Source: Macrostomum hystrix (lineage: Eukaryota > Animalia > Platyhelminthes). Taken from it: a stretch of DNA of 64,000 nucleotides. The position numbers and the translations under genes were made by a program. The stretch lies in assembly GCA_950097015.1 (NCBI GenBank), contig CATNEN010000012.1, positions 62,001 to 126,000 on the forward strand, in the 5' to 3' direction. The notes below the pieces were generated by a model. The model was not told the origin of the DNA, made no database searches, and worked only from the letters and a program-made list of their open reading frames with translations. Numbering within the stretch: the stretch's first letter is position 1; every line of letters starts with the position of its first letter. Below, in pieces: positions 27,477 through 39,224 of the stretch.

Positions 27477-29825
27477 ATGTCGCTGGCCATGTACAATGGC
27501 GGCAGCAGCAGCAGCAGCAGCCCAGGTCAGCTGTGGATCGGCACAACCAGCGCTACCGCAGTGGCTAACAGCACCGAGCCCGACTATTCCATGCCGGTGA
27601 TGGGCCTGCTTGGCTTCCTGGCCTCCGTTGCCAGTCTCGTTACCGTGGTCGGCAACCTGCTGGTCATCACCGCATTCTTTGTGGAGCGGCAGCTGCGCAG
27701 TGCCACAAACTATTTCATAGCCTCCCTAGCCATCACCGACCTGCTGATTGGCATGTTCAGCATGAACTTGTACACCCTCTACCTGCTGCTGGGCAAGTGG
27801 CCGCTCGGTCGTTTCGTCTGTAACATGTGGCTGTCGTTGGACTACACAGCCTGCCTGACATCGCAGTACACAGTGTTCTGCATCACCGTGGACAGATTCT
27901 GTTCAGTGAAGATACCCGCCAAGTATCGCAAATGGCGCACGGAACGCAAGGTTCAGATCATGGTGGCGGCCACCTGGGTGCTGCCCGCCATGCTGTTTGT
28001 GCCCTCCATATTCGCCTGGCCCTACCTGTCGACGAAAGTGCGCAGCGAGGACTCGTGCTACGCCGAGTTCTCAGAAGATCCCGTGTACAACACTGTGCTC
28101 ACCATCTGCTACTTCTGGGTGACCCTGGTGGCCATGATCGGCCTGTACATCGGAATCTATCGCGTAGCGCTCAACTTGGCCAGGAAGTCGGAGGCCAAAC
28201 GCCAGAAGGTTAGCAACCTCATGACAATGGCCAATCAGACGGCTCGCGTGGGCATCGGCATCACGAACGCCCAGCGAAGCCCGTCGCACGAAGGAGGCGC
28301 CGGCGGTGGCGGAGGCGGCGGAAACGGCGGCGGCGCTGGCGAGATCGGCAAGAGTCCGCAGAGACCTTTAATCAAGGCTACCGGCGGTGGCGGCGGCATC
28401 GGCGGTCCCGTTCGCGGCGGCGTCGATGGCAGCGTCGGAGGCGACGCCGGAGGTGGCACAGTCGGCGCCGCGTCGTCGAAATCCGGCGCCGGGTTGCACG
28501 ATGCGCGGAAAATATCGAAGAAAGACAAGAAAAAAGGCGGCGGTGGAGGCAAGCGGGGCCATCACAGCCAGAGCACCTCCTACCGCAGCGGTCTGTCCTC
28601 GGACTATTGCTCCTCGCGCGCCGACGACGATCGTTCTAGCTCCCCGGCTCTGCCATCCGACTCGGACAACGGGCCGCACACGCCGGAGCCGGCCTCGGCC
28701 AACACTGGGCCGACCATGATGGCAGCCACGGCCACCGGCTCTGCGGCTGGCAGGCAGAACAGCTTCAAGCCTGGACAGCCGGTGACAATTCTGGCCAGCC
28801 ATGCCACGGTCCACTATCCCGCCATTGCCCTGGAGACAGCCGGGCTTGCGCCAGCTCTGAATAGCGTGACAGTGGCCTCGGCTGCGGTGGTGAGCCAGAA
28901 GCTGACAGCGTCAAACGACTCCGACTATCACACGGCTAGCGGCCTCAGCTTTGAGAATACTGCTCTGGACTCTAACGGCCATGGCGGTGGCGTCAGCTAT
29001 GCTGATTCGCAGCAGCAGCCGCTGCACAAGACCCTGCAGTTCTCTCTGTGCGCTCCATCCGACGAATTCGAAGGCCTCCGCTACATCGACGAGGAGAGCA
29101 TCAGGTCGAATCCGTCCATCGACTCCATGCGTCTCCTGATCGAGCTGCTGCCCAAGCACCACCAGGTGTTCGCCAACAACTGCCCGGCCAGGCCTGGCTC
29201 CCCAGTGTGGAAACGTCGGCCCTCCTATCAGGACGAGCTAGCGGCACCGGCAGCGGCGGCCGCGGCGGTGCAAACTCGAGTGGACCTGAACTCGGAGCGG
29301 GACCGGGTCGTCACGTCGATTGTCGAACTGCCTCTGCCGGCCTCGGCGCACCGAGCGACAAACACCGTGCAACAAGGGACGCAGACAGTCGTCGAAGGAG
29401 ATGACGCCATCGAAGTGATTCAGTGCGGTGGCGGCGGCTTCGATGACCGGCGCAAGCAGCTGGACCTGCCGTCGCTGGCGCAGTCGTTTCGAGACGCGAC
29501 CCGCCGGCTGCGCAGGCGGATGCGCACGAAGCGCCAGGACCGGCAGAAGAAGAAGCAGTCGCGAACTGAGAATCGCGCCAGGAAGGCCCTCAAGACCATC
29601 ACGCTGATCCTGGGCGCCTTCGTAGTCTGCTGGACGCCCTACCACATTTTCATCCTCATTCGCAGCATCTGCAGGGCCAGGTGCTTGAACGCGCACCTGT
29701 TCAACCTGGGCTACTGGCTATGCTACCTCAATAGTCCAATCAATCCATTTTGCTACGCATTGGCCAACGCTCAGTTTAAGAAGACCTTCCTACGGATCAT
29801 CAGGCTCGACCTGCGGCGGAGGTGA
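27477..29825 (+). CDS. Muscarinic acetylcholine receptor, B-type (GAR-1/GAR-2 / Drosophila mAChR-B-like), class A GPCR, 782 aa, intronless CDS
   Basis: 7 TM segments; TM1 GNLLVI, TM2 SLAITD, TM3 DYTACLTSQYTVFCITVDRFCSVKIPAKYRKWRT, very long i3 loop, TM6 CWTPYH, TM7 YWLCYLNSPINPFCY. SQYTV/DRFCSVK and TM6 His match B-type rather than A-type (ASVMN/DRYFSV, WTPYN) from recalled family sequences. Confidence 0.93.
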   Translation: MSLAMYNGGSSSSSSPGQLWIGTTSATAVANSTEPDYSMPVMGLLGFLASVASLVTVVGNLLVITAFFVERQLRSATNYFIASLAITDLLIGMFSMNLYTLYLLLGKWPLGRFVCNMWLSLDYTACLTSQYTVFCITVDRFCSVKIPAKYRKWRTERKVQIMVAATWVLPAMLFVPSIFAWPYLSTKVRSEDSCYAEFSEDPVYNTVLTICYFWVTLVAMIGLYIGIYRVALNLARKSEAKRQKVSNLMTMANQTARVGIGITNAQRSPSHEGGAGGGGGGGNGGGAGEIGKSPQRPLIKATGGGGGIGGPVRGGVDGSVGGDAGGGTVGAASSKSGAGLHDARKISKKDKKKGGGGGKRGHHSQSTSYRSGLSSDYCSSRADDDRSSSPALPSDSDNGPHTPEPASANTGPTMMAATATGSAAGRQNSFKPGQPVTILASHATVHYPAIALETAGLAPALNSVTVASAAVVSQKLTASNDSDYHTASGLSFENTALDSNGHGGGVSYADSQQQPLHKTLQFSLCAPSDEFEGLRYIDEESIRSNPSIDSMRLLIELLPKHHQVFANNCPARPGSPVWKRRPSYQDELAAPAAAAAAVQTRVDLNSERDRVVTSIVELPLPASAHRATNTVQQGTQTVVEGDDAIEVIQCGGGGFDDRRKQLDLPSLAQSFRDATRRLRRRMRTKRQDRQKKKQSRTENRARKALKTITLILGAFVVCWTPYHIFILIRSICRARCLNAHLFNLGYWLCYLNSPINPFCYALANAQFKKTFLRIIRLDLRRR

Positions 29826-30744
29826 CCGGCCAGGTGCGAGAGGGTGCGAGAGGTGGAGAGGGAGAGAGAGCGACGGCCGATTCAGCATTTCAATCAAAGC
29901 CATTTCTGTCACCTCTCTCACCTCCCGCACTGGGAGCTGCGGCTGACAGAAAGGAAATCTCAGCGGGTTGTTGAAAAAAAACCTGAAAAGCGAAGCTGAG
30001 AATCTGGAGCCACCACTGCGCCTCTCATTTTCAGAATGAAACTCAACTTCCCTTGCTCTCATAGAGTCCAGGTGTATTTTCGGCGAAGCAGTTGATTGCA
30101 CTATACCTATAGTGGCAGCTTGACCACTAACTTTTGTCCTAAATCTAATCCTATTTTTAGTTCGTTGAAAAAATCTCTGACGGAGTTTTATTGTATGGCG
30201 CATTTTAGTACCCACCTCCTGTAGCATATTTGCTTACCTGCGAGCGACCGGAACGCTACTACAAAAACTCGTGCACGTTTTGCTACGATAAAACAAGTAT
30301 TTCTGGTAGCTGTCTCTCTCTTATACATATGTGCACATTGGGAAACTCATGTGATCGTTGAAATAGCGCATTAAAATATCCCTGTTGTCTTCTTAATCTA
30401 GCCTATACATGTATTATGGATGATTGTTTGCTTATTTAAAGAAATTCTGACCTAAAAAAGTTAACAATTCATTACAACCTAATCTACGTACTTAGCTACA
30501 TGTTTAGCTAATTAGTAAATTAGCTTTATTATGTTCTCGAATACTTTGCATAGCGCCTACCCCGCATTACTCATCAGTCTGACTCTAAGCCTGCATCCAT
30601 CACTGCACGTACACAACAATAAAAAAGTGAGAATAATTAAATTAATTTTCTCTCACCGCTAATGCTTATAAATTTCAACTTAATGGATGACTGACCTGTA
30701 TTCTCTTTAATTTAACAGCTCATGCTGCTAATCATCAACGTGTG

Positions 30745-32186
30745 GGATGAGATTTGAGTCCCATTTTGGGGTGAGATTTTAGTCCCGTTTTAGGGTGAGA
30801 TTTGAGTCTCATTTGGGGTGAGATTTGAGTCCCATTTTGGGGTGAGATATGAGTTCCATTTTGGGGTGAGATTTGAGTCTCCTTGTGGGATAGGGTGAGA
30901 TTTGAGTCTCCTTGTGGGATGGGGTGAGATTTGAGTCTCCTTGTGGGATAGGGTGAGATTTGAGTCTCCTTGTGGGATAGGGTGAGATTTGAGTCTCCTT
31001 GTGGGATGGGGTGAGATTTGAGTCTCATTGTGAGGTGAGATTGAATCTCCTTGTGGGATGAGATTTGAGTCTCCTTGTGATATGGGGTGAGATTTGAGTC
31101 TCCTTGTGAGGTGAGATTGAATCTCCTTGTGGGATGAGATTTGAGTCTCCTTGTGGGGTGAGATTGAATCTCCATTGTGGGATGAGATTTGAGTCTCCTT
31201 GTGGGGTGAGATTTGAGTCTCCTTGTGGTATGGGGTGAGATTTGAGTCTCCTTGTGAGGTGAGATTGAATCTCCTTGTGGGATGAGATTTGAGTCTCCTT
31301 GTGGGGTGAGATTTGAGTCTCATTGTGGGATGGGTGAGATTTTATTCTTCTTGTGGTATGGGGTGAGATTTGAGTCTCCTTGTGAGGTGAGATTGAATCT
31401 CCTTGTGGGATGAGATTTGAGTCTCCTTGTGGGGTGAGATTTGAGTCTCATTGTGATATGGGGTGAGATTTGAGTCTCCTTGTGATATGGTGTGAGATTT
31501 GAGTCTTCTTGTGGTATGGGGTGAGATTTGAGTCTCCTTGTGAGGTGAGATTGAATCTCCTTGTGGGATGAGATTTGAGTCTCCTTGTGGGGTGAGATTT
31601 GAGTCTCATTGTGATATGGGGTGAGATTTGAGTCTCCTTGTGGTATGGTGTGAGATTTGAGTCTTCTTGTGGGATGGGGTGAGATTTGAGTCTCCTTGTG
31701 AGGTGAGATTGAATCTCCTTGTGGGATGAGATTTGAGTCTCCTTGTGGGGTGAGAATCGAGTCTCATTGTGGGATGGGGTGAGATTTGAGTCTTCTTGTG
31801 GGATGGGGTGAGATTTGAGTCTCATTGTGGGATGGGGTGAGACTTGAATCTCCTTGTGGGATTAGGTGAGATTTGAGTCTCATTGTGGGATGGGGTGAGA
31901 TTTGAGTCTCCTTGTGGTATGGTGTGAGATTTGAGTCTTCTTGTGGGATGGGGTGAGATTTGAGTCTCATTGTGGGATGGGGTGAGACTTGAGTCTCCTT
32001 GTGGGATGGGGTGAGATTTGAGTCTTCTTGTGGGATGGGGTGAGACTTGAGTCTCGGTGTGGGGTGAGATTTGAGTCTCGGTGTGGGGTGAGATTTGAGT
32101 CTCGGTGTGGGGTGAGATTTGAGTCTCGGTGTGGGGTGAGATTTGAGTCTCGCTGTGTGGGTGAGATTTGAGTCTCGGTCATTGTG
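30745..32186. repeat. Heterogeneous 23-29-bp minisatellite GTGAGATTTGAGTCTCCTTGTGGG(ATGGG)
   Basis: Direct. Confidence 0.95.
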
Positions 32187-32784
32187 TGGGTGAGATCCAT
32201 AGTTTTTATTAGTTGATGATTTTTGGAATTCGGTGCTATCCTGTTGAGTTAGTGTTGTTGAGTGAGGTGCGCGTGTTTTAAAAAACTCGCATGAAGTTGC
32301 ACTTTTGTCCTCCATAGCAAAGTCCAGAGAACGATGATAAAAAGAACAGCAGAGACTAAACTCGCCGGGCGATGAATTAAAGGAATGCGCCTGCTTCGTG
32401 ACTCACAATTCCTTTAATTATGCAATGAACAATGAGCGAGAGATACATAGAGGAATAGGAAGCATGAAATTTAATATTGTAAGGCTCGAAGCCTGTCATT
32501 CCGCTCCTTCAGTCCTTGTGTAAGATGTCACAGCCGCTACCCTCGGCGGAAAGTTCAAAGAATTTAGCTGCTTCAGCAGCTTTTTAGTTGCTTTCGGCAG
32601 CAGCAAAAGGAAATTAGCCCAATCCTAATCTATCCAGCTCTTTTTAAAAAAACCACGTTGAGCTGTTAACCAAAAGATAGATTGCACCTTGCAGCAGGAA
32701 TGCTTGGCTTGAGAACGATTTCACAAAGCTTTGTTTTGCAGGAAAACCGGTTCAGGAATTTTGGTTGCAGGAATTTTGGGTGTT

Positions 32785-33942
32785 CTGTTGCAGGAAGTTC
32801 TGTTGCAGGAAGTTCTGTTGCAGGAAGTTCTGTTGCAGGAAGTTCCGTTACAGGAAGTTCTGTTGCAGGAAGTTCCGTTGCGGGAAGTTCTGTTGCAGGA
32901 AGTTCTGTTGCAGGAAGCTTCGTTGCAGGAAGTTCCGTTGCAGGAAGTTTGGTGGCAGGAAGTTCTGTTGCAGGAAGTTCTGTTGCAGGAAGTTCCGTTG
33001 CGGGAAGTTCTGTTGCAAGAAGTTCTGTTGCAAGAAGTTCTGTTGCAGGAAGTTCCGTTGCGGGAAGTTCTGTTGCAGGAAGTTCTGTTGCAGGAAGTTT
33101 CGTTGCAGGAAGTTTCGTTGCAGGAAGTTTGGTGGCAGGAAGTTCTGTTGCAAGAAGTTCTGTTGCAGGAAGTTCTGTTGCAGGAAGTTCGGTTGCGGGA
33201 AGTTCTGTTGCAGGAAGTTCTGTTGCAGGAAGTTTCGTTGCAGGAAGTTTGGTGGCAGGAAGTTCTGTTGCAGGAAGTTCTGTTGCAGGAAGTTCCGTTG
33301 CGGGAAGTTCTGTTGCAAGAAGTTCTGTTGCAAGAAGTTCTGTTGCAGGAAGTTCCGTTGCAGGAAGTTTGGTGGCAGGAAGTTCTGTTGCAAGAAGTTC
33401 TGTTGCAGGAAGTTCCGTTGCAGGAATTTCTGTTGCAGGAAGTTCCGTTGCAGGAAGTTCCGTTGCAGGAAGTTTCGTTGCAGGAAGTTCCGTTGCAGGA
33501 AGTTTGGTGGCAGGAAGTTCTGCTGCAGGAAGTTCCGTTGCAGGAAGTTTGGTGGCAGGAAGTTCTGTTGCAGGAAGTTCTGTTGCAGGAAGTTCCGTTG
33601 CGGGAAGTTCTGTTGCAAGAAGTTCGGTTGCAGGAAGTTCCGTTGCAGGAAGTTTCTTTGCAGGAAGTTCTGTTGCAGGAAGCTTCGTTGCAGGAAGTTT
33701 GGTGGCAGGAAGTTCTGTTGCAGGAAGTTCTGTTGCAGGAAGTTCCGTTGCGGGAAGTTCTGTTGCAAGAAGTTCTGTTGCAAGAAGTTCTGTTGCAAGA
33801 AGTTCCGTTGCAGGAAGTTCCGTTGCGGGAAGTTCTGTTGCAAGAAGTTCTGTTGCAAGAAGTTCTGTTGCAGGAAGTTCCGTTGCAGGAAGTTTCTTTG
33901 CAGGAAGTTTCGTTGCAGGAAGTTTGGTGGCAGGAAGTTTGG
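32785..33942. repeat. 15-bp minisatellite GCAGGAAGTTCTGTT
   Basis: Direct; stop-free in several frames, giving spurious ORFs. Confidence 0.97.
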
Positions 33943-34637
33943 CAACTATGGATGAAAATTATTTGGTCAAGCAGTTCATGCAAGCTGAATTTGTCCTGGC
34001 ACCCGTAACAGTGTAATAGATATCGAGAGATTGTACAGTAGCAAAACTTAGCCTAAGCTATTTTATGATATGTATAAAACTACTCGTTATTAGGAATTTG
34101 AAATTTCGCTCGTTAGAAAACCTTGCTTTAAAGGCTGTTAATAATTGAATAATCTTCATCAATGTGAAAAGAAACTAACGATATTCTGTCAGTAAAGTTA
34201 AATCGACAATCGTTACTACAAAAACCTTAAATTTTGTTTTTCGTGTTTCGTACCAAAATAGTTTACGCTAATTTTGCCTAAAGCAGACTTACTTTTACTC
34301 GTTCCGTTAACCCAAAAACATGCTACTTAGCTTAGTAAATAACACAAATTGTTTCATAACTCAGTTTGAGAAATCGTCAGATTGCACCAATTTTATTGTA
34401 CAGATGTACTACTGTTGTCTAAGTGCAGCCGTACTGTGTCAGATTAGTGACAATGGCGGACTGAAAAAGCCGAGCAATCTTTCCTGTTAGAGCCTAATCT
34501 TGCCGCGTACCTTTTCAACAAAGTCAGAAGCCTATAAAGATGATTAATCCCAGCTCATCACTCCCTAGGGTAGTCCATGTGCCCTCGCTGCGACTAGCGG
34601 TCAATTAGCCTGCTAAGGAGTGCTAATTAGTTTATTT

Positions 34638-34651
34638 GTTACCATGGCAAC
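34638..34651. promoter_or_regulatory. RFX X-box (GTTACCATGGCAAC)
   Basis: Exact match to consensus GTYNCYATRGNAAC. Confidence 0.5.
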
Positions 34652-35749
34652 CGGCCGATGCTTCTATAGACCTCGGATGAGGATCGAAAGAGGTGGGTAG
34701 GATTGGGGACTGGAATTTTTCCCCAGATAAAAACTTGTCTTGACTATAAGGCCGCGGACTTTGCAGTCTGGCAGGATTTGCACGACTTCAATTTCAGGCG
34801 CAGAGACAGGTATTGAGAAACGGCAAAGAGGATATCAGACAGGCTCTTCCTGCGATTCGGCTAATTTGCAACTTTTCCTTCTGTCTTTCGCTGCAGATTA
34901 TTCCTGCTCTGAGTTAGCAATCGCCCTAATCCGCCTTTCTGTACACCTTCTCACATTACTCATTTATTGATCATTGCTCGTATAGTTGTGGTACAACTAG
35001 AAGGTATAGCTTAGAATCTGACTTTCCCATTAGGAAGGGGAATGGGGATAATTATAATGCAAATAATGCGTTCCCGATCCCCTGGAGAAGCACCGCGGGG
35101 TTTTTCAATATCCACTGCCTACTTCACGACAGATCCCAAACCGAATAACCGATTTTCCTGAAAGTCCGCCATATGGTTCAAAATTTCAATGCCCTTTACG
35201 ATGAACTTACTTTCAAACCCGTCCGACATCAGCAACCTAGAGATATTCCTAGTGTGTAAACCTCTATGGTGAATCCTTATTTGTTTGAAAATGTATTGTT
35301 GCACGATTAAACTATGCCAATATTGGTTGCTTTGAACACCCAGATGCCCTGACGATAATTGTTGAAATACCTCAAAGATGCCAATGTTTTGTGAGTCTTG
35401 AAGCCGTTTCAGATGGAGCGGAAACCTCTAGCCCATGTTCTGAGAGCAAAACTAATAAGATGATAAGAGAGGCCAGTGCAACAGGACTAACCTCGTTGAA
35501 TCTAATTAACTGCCGATCAAAGAAGCTAAAGTTGTTTCTGCCAATTAGACTGTTTGGAGATATTGAAATATGGGAACAGCTCACAATGTTGTTCGCTAAT
35601 TAGCATTTTGAGAATCAGATTACGGAAGCCCTAGTGGCTTCATTGAGGCAAAGCAGATTAGATTTTCAGAGCGAAGCAGATTATGCTTATAGCTGATTAT
35701 CCGACTATCCTTTGTAAATTTGTTAAAGCACACTTCACTTGTTTGCTCG

Positions 35750-36085
35750 CAGGAAGGAAGTTCTTTTGCTAGAGGTTCTGTTGCAGGAAGTTCTGTTGCA
35801 GGAAGTTATTTTGCAAGAAGTTCTGTTGCAGGAAGTTCTGTTGCAGGAAGTTCTTTTGCAGGAAGTTATTTTGCTAGAGGTTCTGTTGCAGGAGGTTCTG
35901 TTGCAGGAAGTTCTGTTGCAGGAAGTTATTTTGCTAGAGGTTCTGTTGCGGGAAGTTCCGTTGCGGGAAGTTCTGTTGCAGGAAGTTCTGTTGCAGGAAG
36001 TTCTGTTGCAGGAAGTTCCGTTGCAGGAAGTTCTGTTGCAGGATGTTTGGTTGAGGAAATTTCTGCTGCAGCAAGTTTTGTTGCA
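35750..36085. repeat. 15-bp minisatellite GCAGGAAGTTCTGTT (second array)
   Basis: Direct. Confidence 0.95.
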
Positions 36086-36810
36086 AACAAAGTAAAAACA
36101 TATTCGGCAGTATTTAAAGCTTCCTTTACAATATATGCTTCTAATATAGTTGATACAGAAACTTAGCAAATAAATATTTGGACTGCCAAGTCGTGATGCA
36201 GAAATAGTATATTTTTTCAGTTGTAATACTAAAGAAAGTCTGAACAAGCGAATATTTAGATTTGAATGGCATCAAAATTTAGCAGAAAACTTATTCGAAT
36301 GACAAATTGCAAGTCAAGCTACTAATGTTCGGAATGTAAGTAGAGTATAAGTGATGGATTATTTGAATTTGTTCTTTTTCGGGCATCACTTGGCCACCCC
36401 AGGCGTCAAAAACATGGAACCAGAAACTAGTTTCCTACTGTGTCCTGGATTCTGGGAGATCAAACGAAGCCGCTTAAAACAAAAAACGTGCGTCGCGATG
36501 ATGTAACATCAAAGGCTAATCTAAGTTACCGCCAAATACAGCCGGGTAGTGAGCTAGTTATGTGAAATGAGACATCAAAGAGTGCCGACTTCATTTCATT
36601 TGGGGTGAAATTGTTTGGGCCGACCCCATGCAGGGCACAGTGAATTATGTACACCCGCCTGACAATTAGAACATCGGGGCAAATGTACACCAATGTGTGC
36701 AAATTTACTGCTTCGTCGAAACCAGTGAGGTATGATGATGAGCCTCATTACTATTATAAGACATTATAATTAGATCAAACAAACAGGTAGCAATGGAGAC
36801 ACAACATCCT

Positions 36811-38154
36811 CTACTTCCGCACTTCTAGCGTCCTGTCTCGTCGAACAGTCTCCGTTGGCGGCAGCCAGGGCTCCGAGTTGACAAAGCTGGGCGGTGGGTT
36901 GCTGTTCTTGTCATAGTAGCTCATCAGCCGGCCGTCCGTGTAGCCATAGCTGTAGGGCTCATGCGGCCGCACGTTCTTGTGCTCCTCCAGCCACTTGGCA
37001 TAAGCTGCGTCCGATTTCTGCTTGAGCTCCTTCTTGCGCGCTGTCTCGGCCTCCTTTTCCTCCTTGGCCTTGGCCTGGCTGGTCCGCTGCTTCTCGCGGT
37101 AGTCGCTAAACCACTTGGCGAATACTGCCGCCGAATTCTCTTTAATCTCTTTTTGCTTCGCCGCTTTCGCCGCCTCTGCCTCGGCCTTCTTCTGCTTCTC
37201 GTCCTGTTCACGCTGCCGCTGCTGCCGCCGCTTTTCAGCCAGCCAGAGCTCCAGGGTCCTCTGGCCGGCCGCCTGCTTCTCCGCCTTCTCCGCCTTGGCC
37301 TTCTCGGCCTCGGCGGTGCGTCGCTGCAGCTCCTCGGCTTCGAGATGGCGCTTCTCACGCAGGCGGCGCTCCTTGGCCAGAAACCAAGCCTCCCAAGTCT
37401 GGCCACGGGGAGCATCGCCGCCGCCGTTGACAGATGCCGACGCCGATGCTGTGGCTGAAGCAGTCGCTGTTGCGGTCGCGCTGGCAGTGACGGATGCGAC
37501 TGAGACGGAGGCATTACTTCGTCGATCGTCGGTGTCAGCCGTCGAAGCGGAGGTCAGTCGACGCCGCTGCTGTTTGGATTTGGCCCCGGCGGACGAAGCG
37601 ACCGAGGCGGTGCCGACAGATCGCGCTGAAGCCGGATGCGCCGTGGGCGACTTTCGACGGCGTGCCACCTTCCGCTTGGCTCCGGCGCCAATGCCGCTCG
37701 GTTTCGCTGCGTCGCCGTTGCCATCGCCATCGCCGTCTTCGCCGTTGAGCCGCCGGGCAACCTCCAACGGGTGAGTCGCCTCATCTGGCAACCGCGGCTT
37801 CAACCGGGGTCGGCCAGCTCTTCTCATCGACGCCGTAGCCGGTGTCTCTGACGCCTTCATCGACGGCCTGTCGGCTGCACCGTTGCCAAAAGCCTGCTCC
37901 TCAGAGTCCGTTGACAAATCCGCCTCATCGAAGCTGTCGTGATACAGGATGGAAGTCAGCGACTCTGTGGAAGTCCGGCTGCCCTCCCGTCTGGCGTCTC
38001 GTCCGCGACCGGCGCCTCCAACGCCGCCGCCGCCGACCTCCAGCTGGGCCATGAGGTCCTCCAGGGTGGCGCTGGGTCCCAGGATGTCGCCCCAGCCGAA
38101 TGTGTACGCGTCCGGGTAGAAGGTGCCAGTGATTGGCTTCGGCCTGTTAGACAT
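36811..38154 (-). CDS. CCDC34: Coiled-coil domain-containing protein 34-like (447 aa)
   Basis: Low-complexity N-half, periodic-Trp coiled coil (TWEAWFLAKE, LELWLAEK, FAKWF, AYAKWLEE) and C-terminal SYGYTDGRLMSYYDKNSNPPPSFVNSEPWLP resembling recalled CCDC34 SYGYANGKLTGFYSGNSYPEPAFYNPIPWKP; splice acceptor at 38170-38169, 14 nt before ATG. Confidence 0.85.
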   Translation of the reverse strand: MSNRPKPITGTFYPDAYTFGWGDILGPSATLEDLMAQLEVGGGGVGGAGRGRDARREGSRTSTESLTSILYHDSFDEADLSTDSEEQAFGNGAADRPSMKASETPATASMRRAGRPRLKPRLPDEATHPLEVARRLNGEDGDGDGNGDAAKPSGIGAGAKRKVARRRKSPTAHPASARSVGTASVASSAGAKSKQQRRRLTSASTADTDDRRSNASVSVASVTASATATATASATASASASVNGGGDAPRGQTWEAWFLAKERRLREKRHLEAEELQRRTAEAEKAKAEKAEKQAAGQRTLELWLAEKRRQQRQREQDEKQKKAEAEAAKAAKQKEIKENSAAVFAKWFSDYREKQRTSQAKAKEEKEAETARKKELKQKSDAAYAKWLEEHKNVRPHEPYSYGYTDGRLMSYYDKNSNPPPSFVNSEPWLPPTETVRRDRTLEVRK

Positions 38155-38261
38155 TTTCCGAACTCTGGCTGCGGGGAGAAGACAATAGCCAGCATTTTAT
38201 TACTGAACTCTACTTTAAGTAGCATGATACGGCCTGATTCGACATGAAATTTTAGTTTAAA

Positions 38262-38578
38262 TATAATAATAATAATAATAATAATTGATTACACCTGTCC
38301 CAATCGGGCCACATGTGCAGCCAACAGCACAGCCGCAGCTATTGCGTGGCGCATCTGAAGACTGCGTACAGCTGTTCAGTCCGTGGACTGTGGGACGCCA
38401 CACCCACCTTCAATTATCCCAGCTGATGCTGGTACCCATTTAACAGCTGGGTGAACTGAAGCAATGCAGAGTTAAGTGTCTTGCTAAAGGACACAATTTT
38501 TTTCAGTGGAGTCGGGAATCGAACCCCCGACTTTCAAATCGTGAGTCCGACGCTCTAACCACTAGGCTACAATCTCTT
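38262..38578 (-). mobile_element. tRNA-derived SINE, family 1, with (TTA)n tail
   Basis: tRNA-like head (GTAGCCTAGTGGTTAG...GTTCGATTCC), central GTGTCCTTTAGCAAGACACTTAAC...AAATGGGTACC resembling the Meta/CORE-type conserved domain; probable TSD ttttagtttaaa at 38250-38261 and 38592-38603. Confidence 0.88.
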
Positions 38579-39224
38579 CAACCTCTTACATTTTTAGTTT
38601 AAAAACGTAAAAAACAACCAAATAAAGACTGGACGCCTTGCAATTTAATTAAAAAGTTACAAATATATGATATGAACTGCAATTTACCTTATCAGCTAAA
38701 CAGTTATATATTCGCTCGTTCTGGCTTATAAACAGAGGGAGACACAAAAGACAAAAAATGTAATGTGATCCAACAAAATTAAATTATCAGTTCTAGGAGC
38801 CATTGTCAAAACTTGAGACCTGGAGATTACTCAAAACAATTCGGGGGACGGATTTTATTTGCGGCTCAGTTTCTTAAAGCAAACAAAAATTATACTCATC
38901 ATAAAGTATCAGTGGTCTATCTTCTAAAAGAGGTGCGTATCACAGAGAAGTCTTTGTTTACATGCGCTTTGTTCTAAATAAAAGGCGATATCTACCGATG
39001 TTCAATAGATATAAATATAGTTTTCAGGTAAAAGAAACTACACTTTTACGTCGCAATATCCCGGAGATAAAAATGGAGATTTCACTTAATCTTTACTTAA
39101 ACAAGTTTGCACAGAAAAACACATTCTTTCTGTTGAAACTGCTTCTGCCTGTTTACACGAAGGTGACACGAAGTTTCTGCATGAAGTGATGTAATCTCAA
39201 GACTCGACCAGCGACAGTTCTCAC

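Noticed and set aside
27827-29696. Overlapping and antisense ORFs within the receptor CDS
   Set aside because: Shadow ORFs of GC-rich coding sequence.
32682-34016. Cys/Lys-rich, Ser/Ala/Gly-rich or Gln-rich repetitive proteins (toxin-, keratin-associated- or adhesive-like)
   Set aside because: Five frames of one 15-bp array are open; no signal peptide or splice context; the same unit recurs at 35.8 kb.
36924-38247. Overlapping ORFs across CCDC34
   Set aside because: Shadow ORFs of GC-rich coding sequence.
38505-38575. Functional tRNA genes at SINE heads (also ~41650-41715, 41120-41195, 46140-46200)
   Set aside because: Acceptor stems are not intact and the sequences continue into SINE bodies, two with tails and TSDs.
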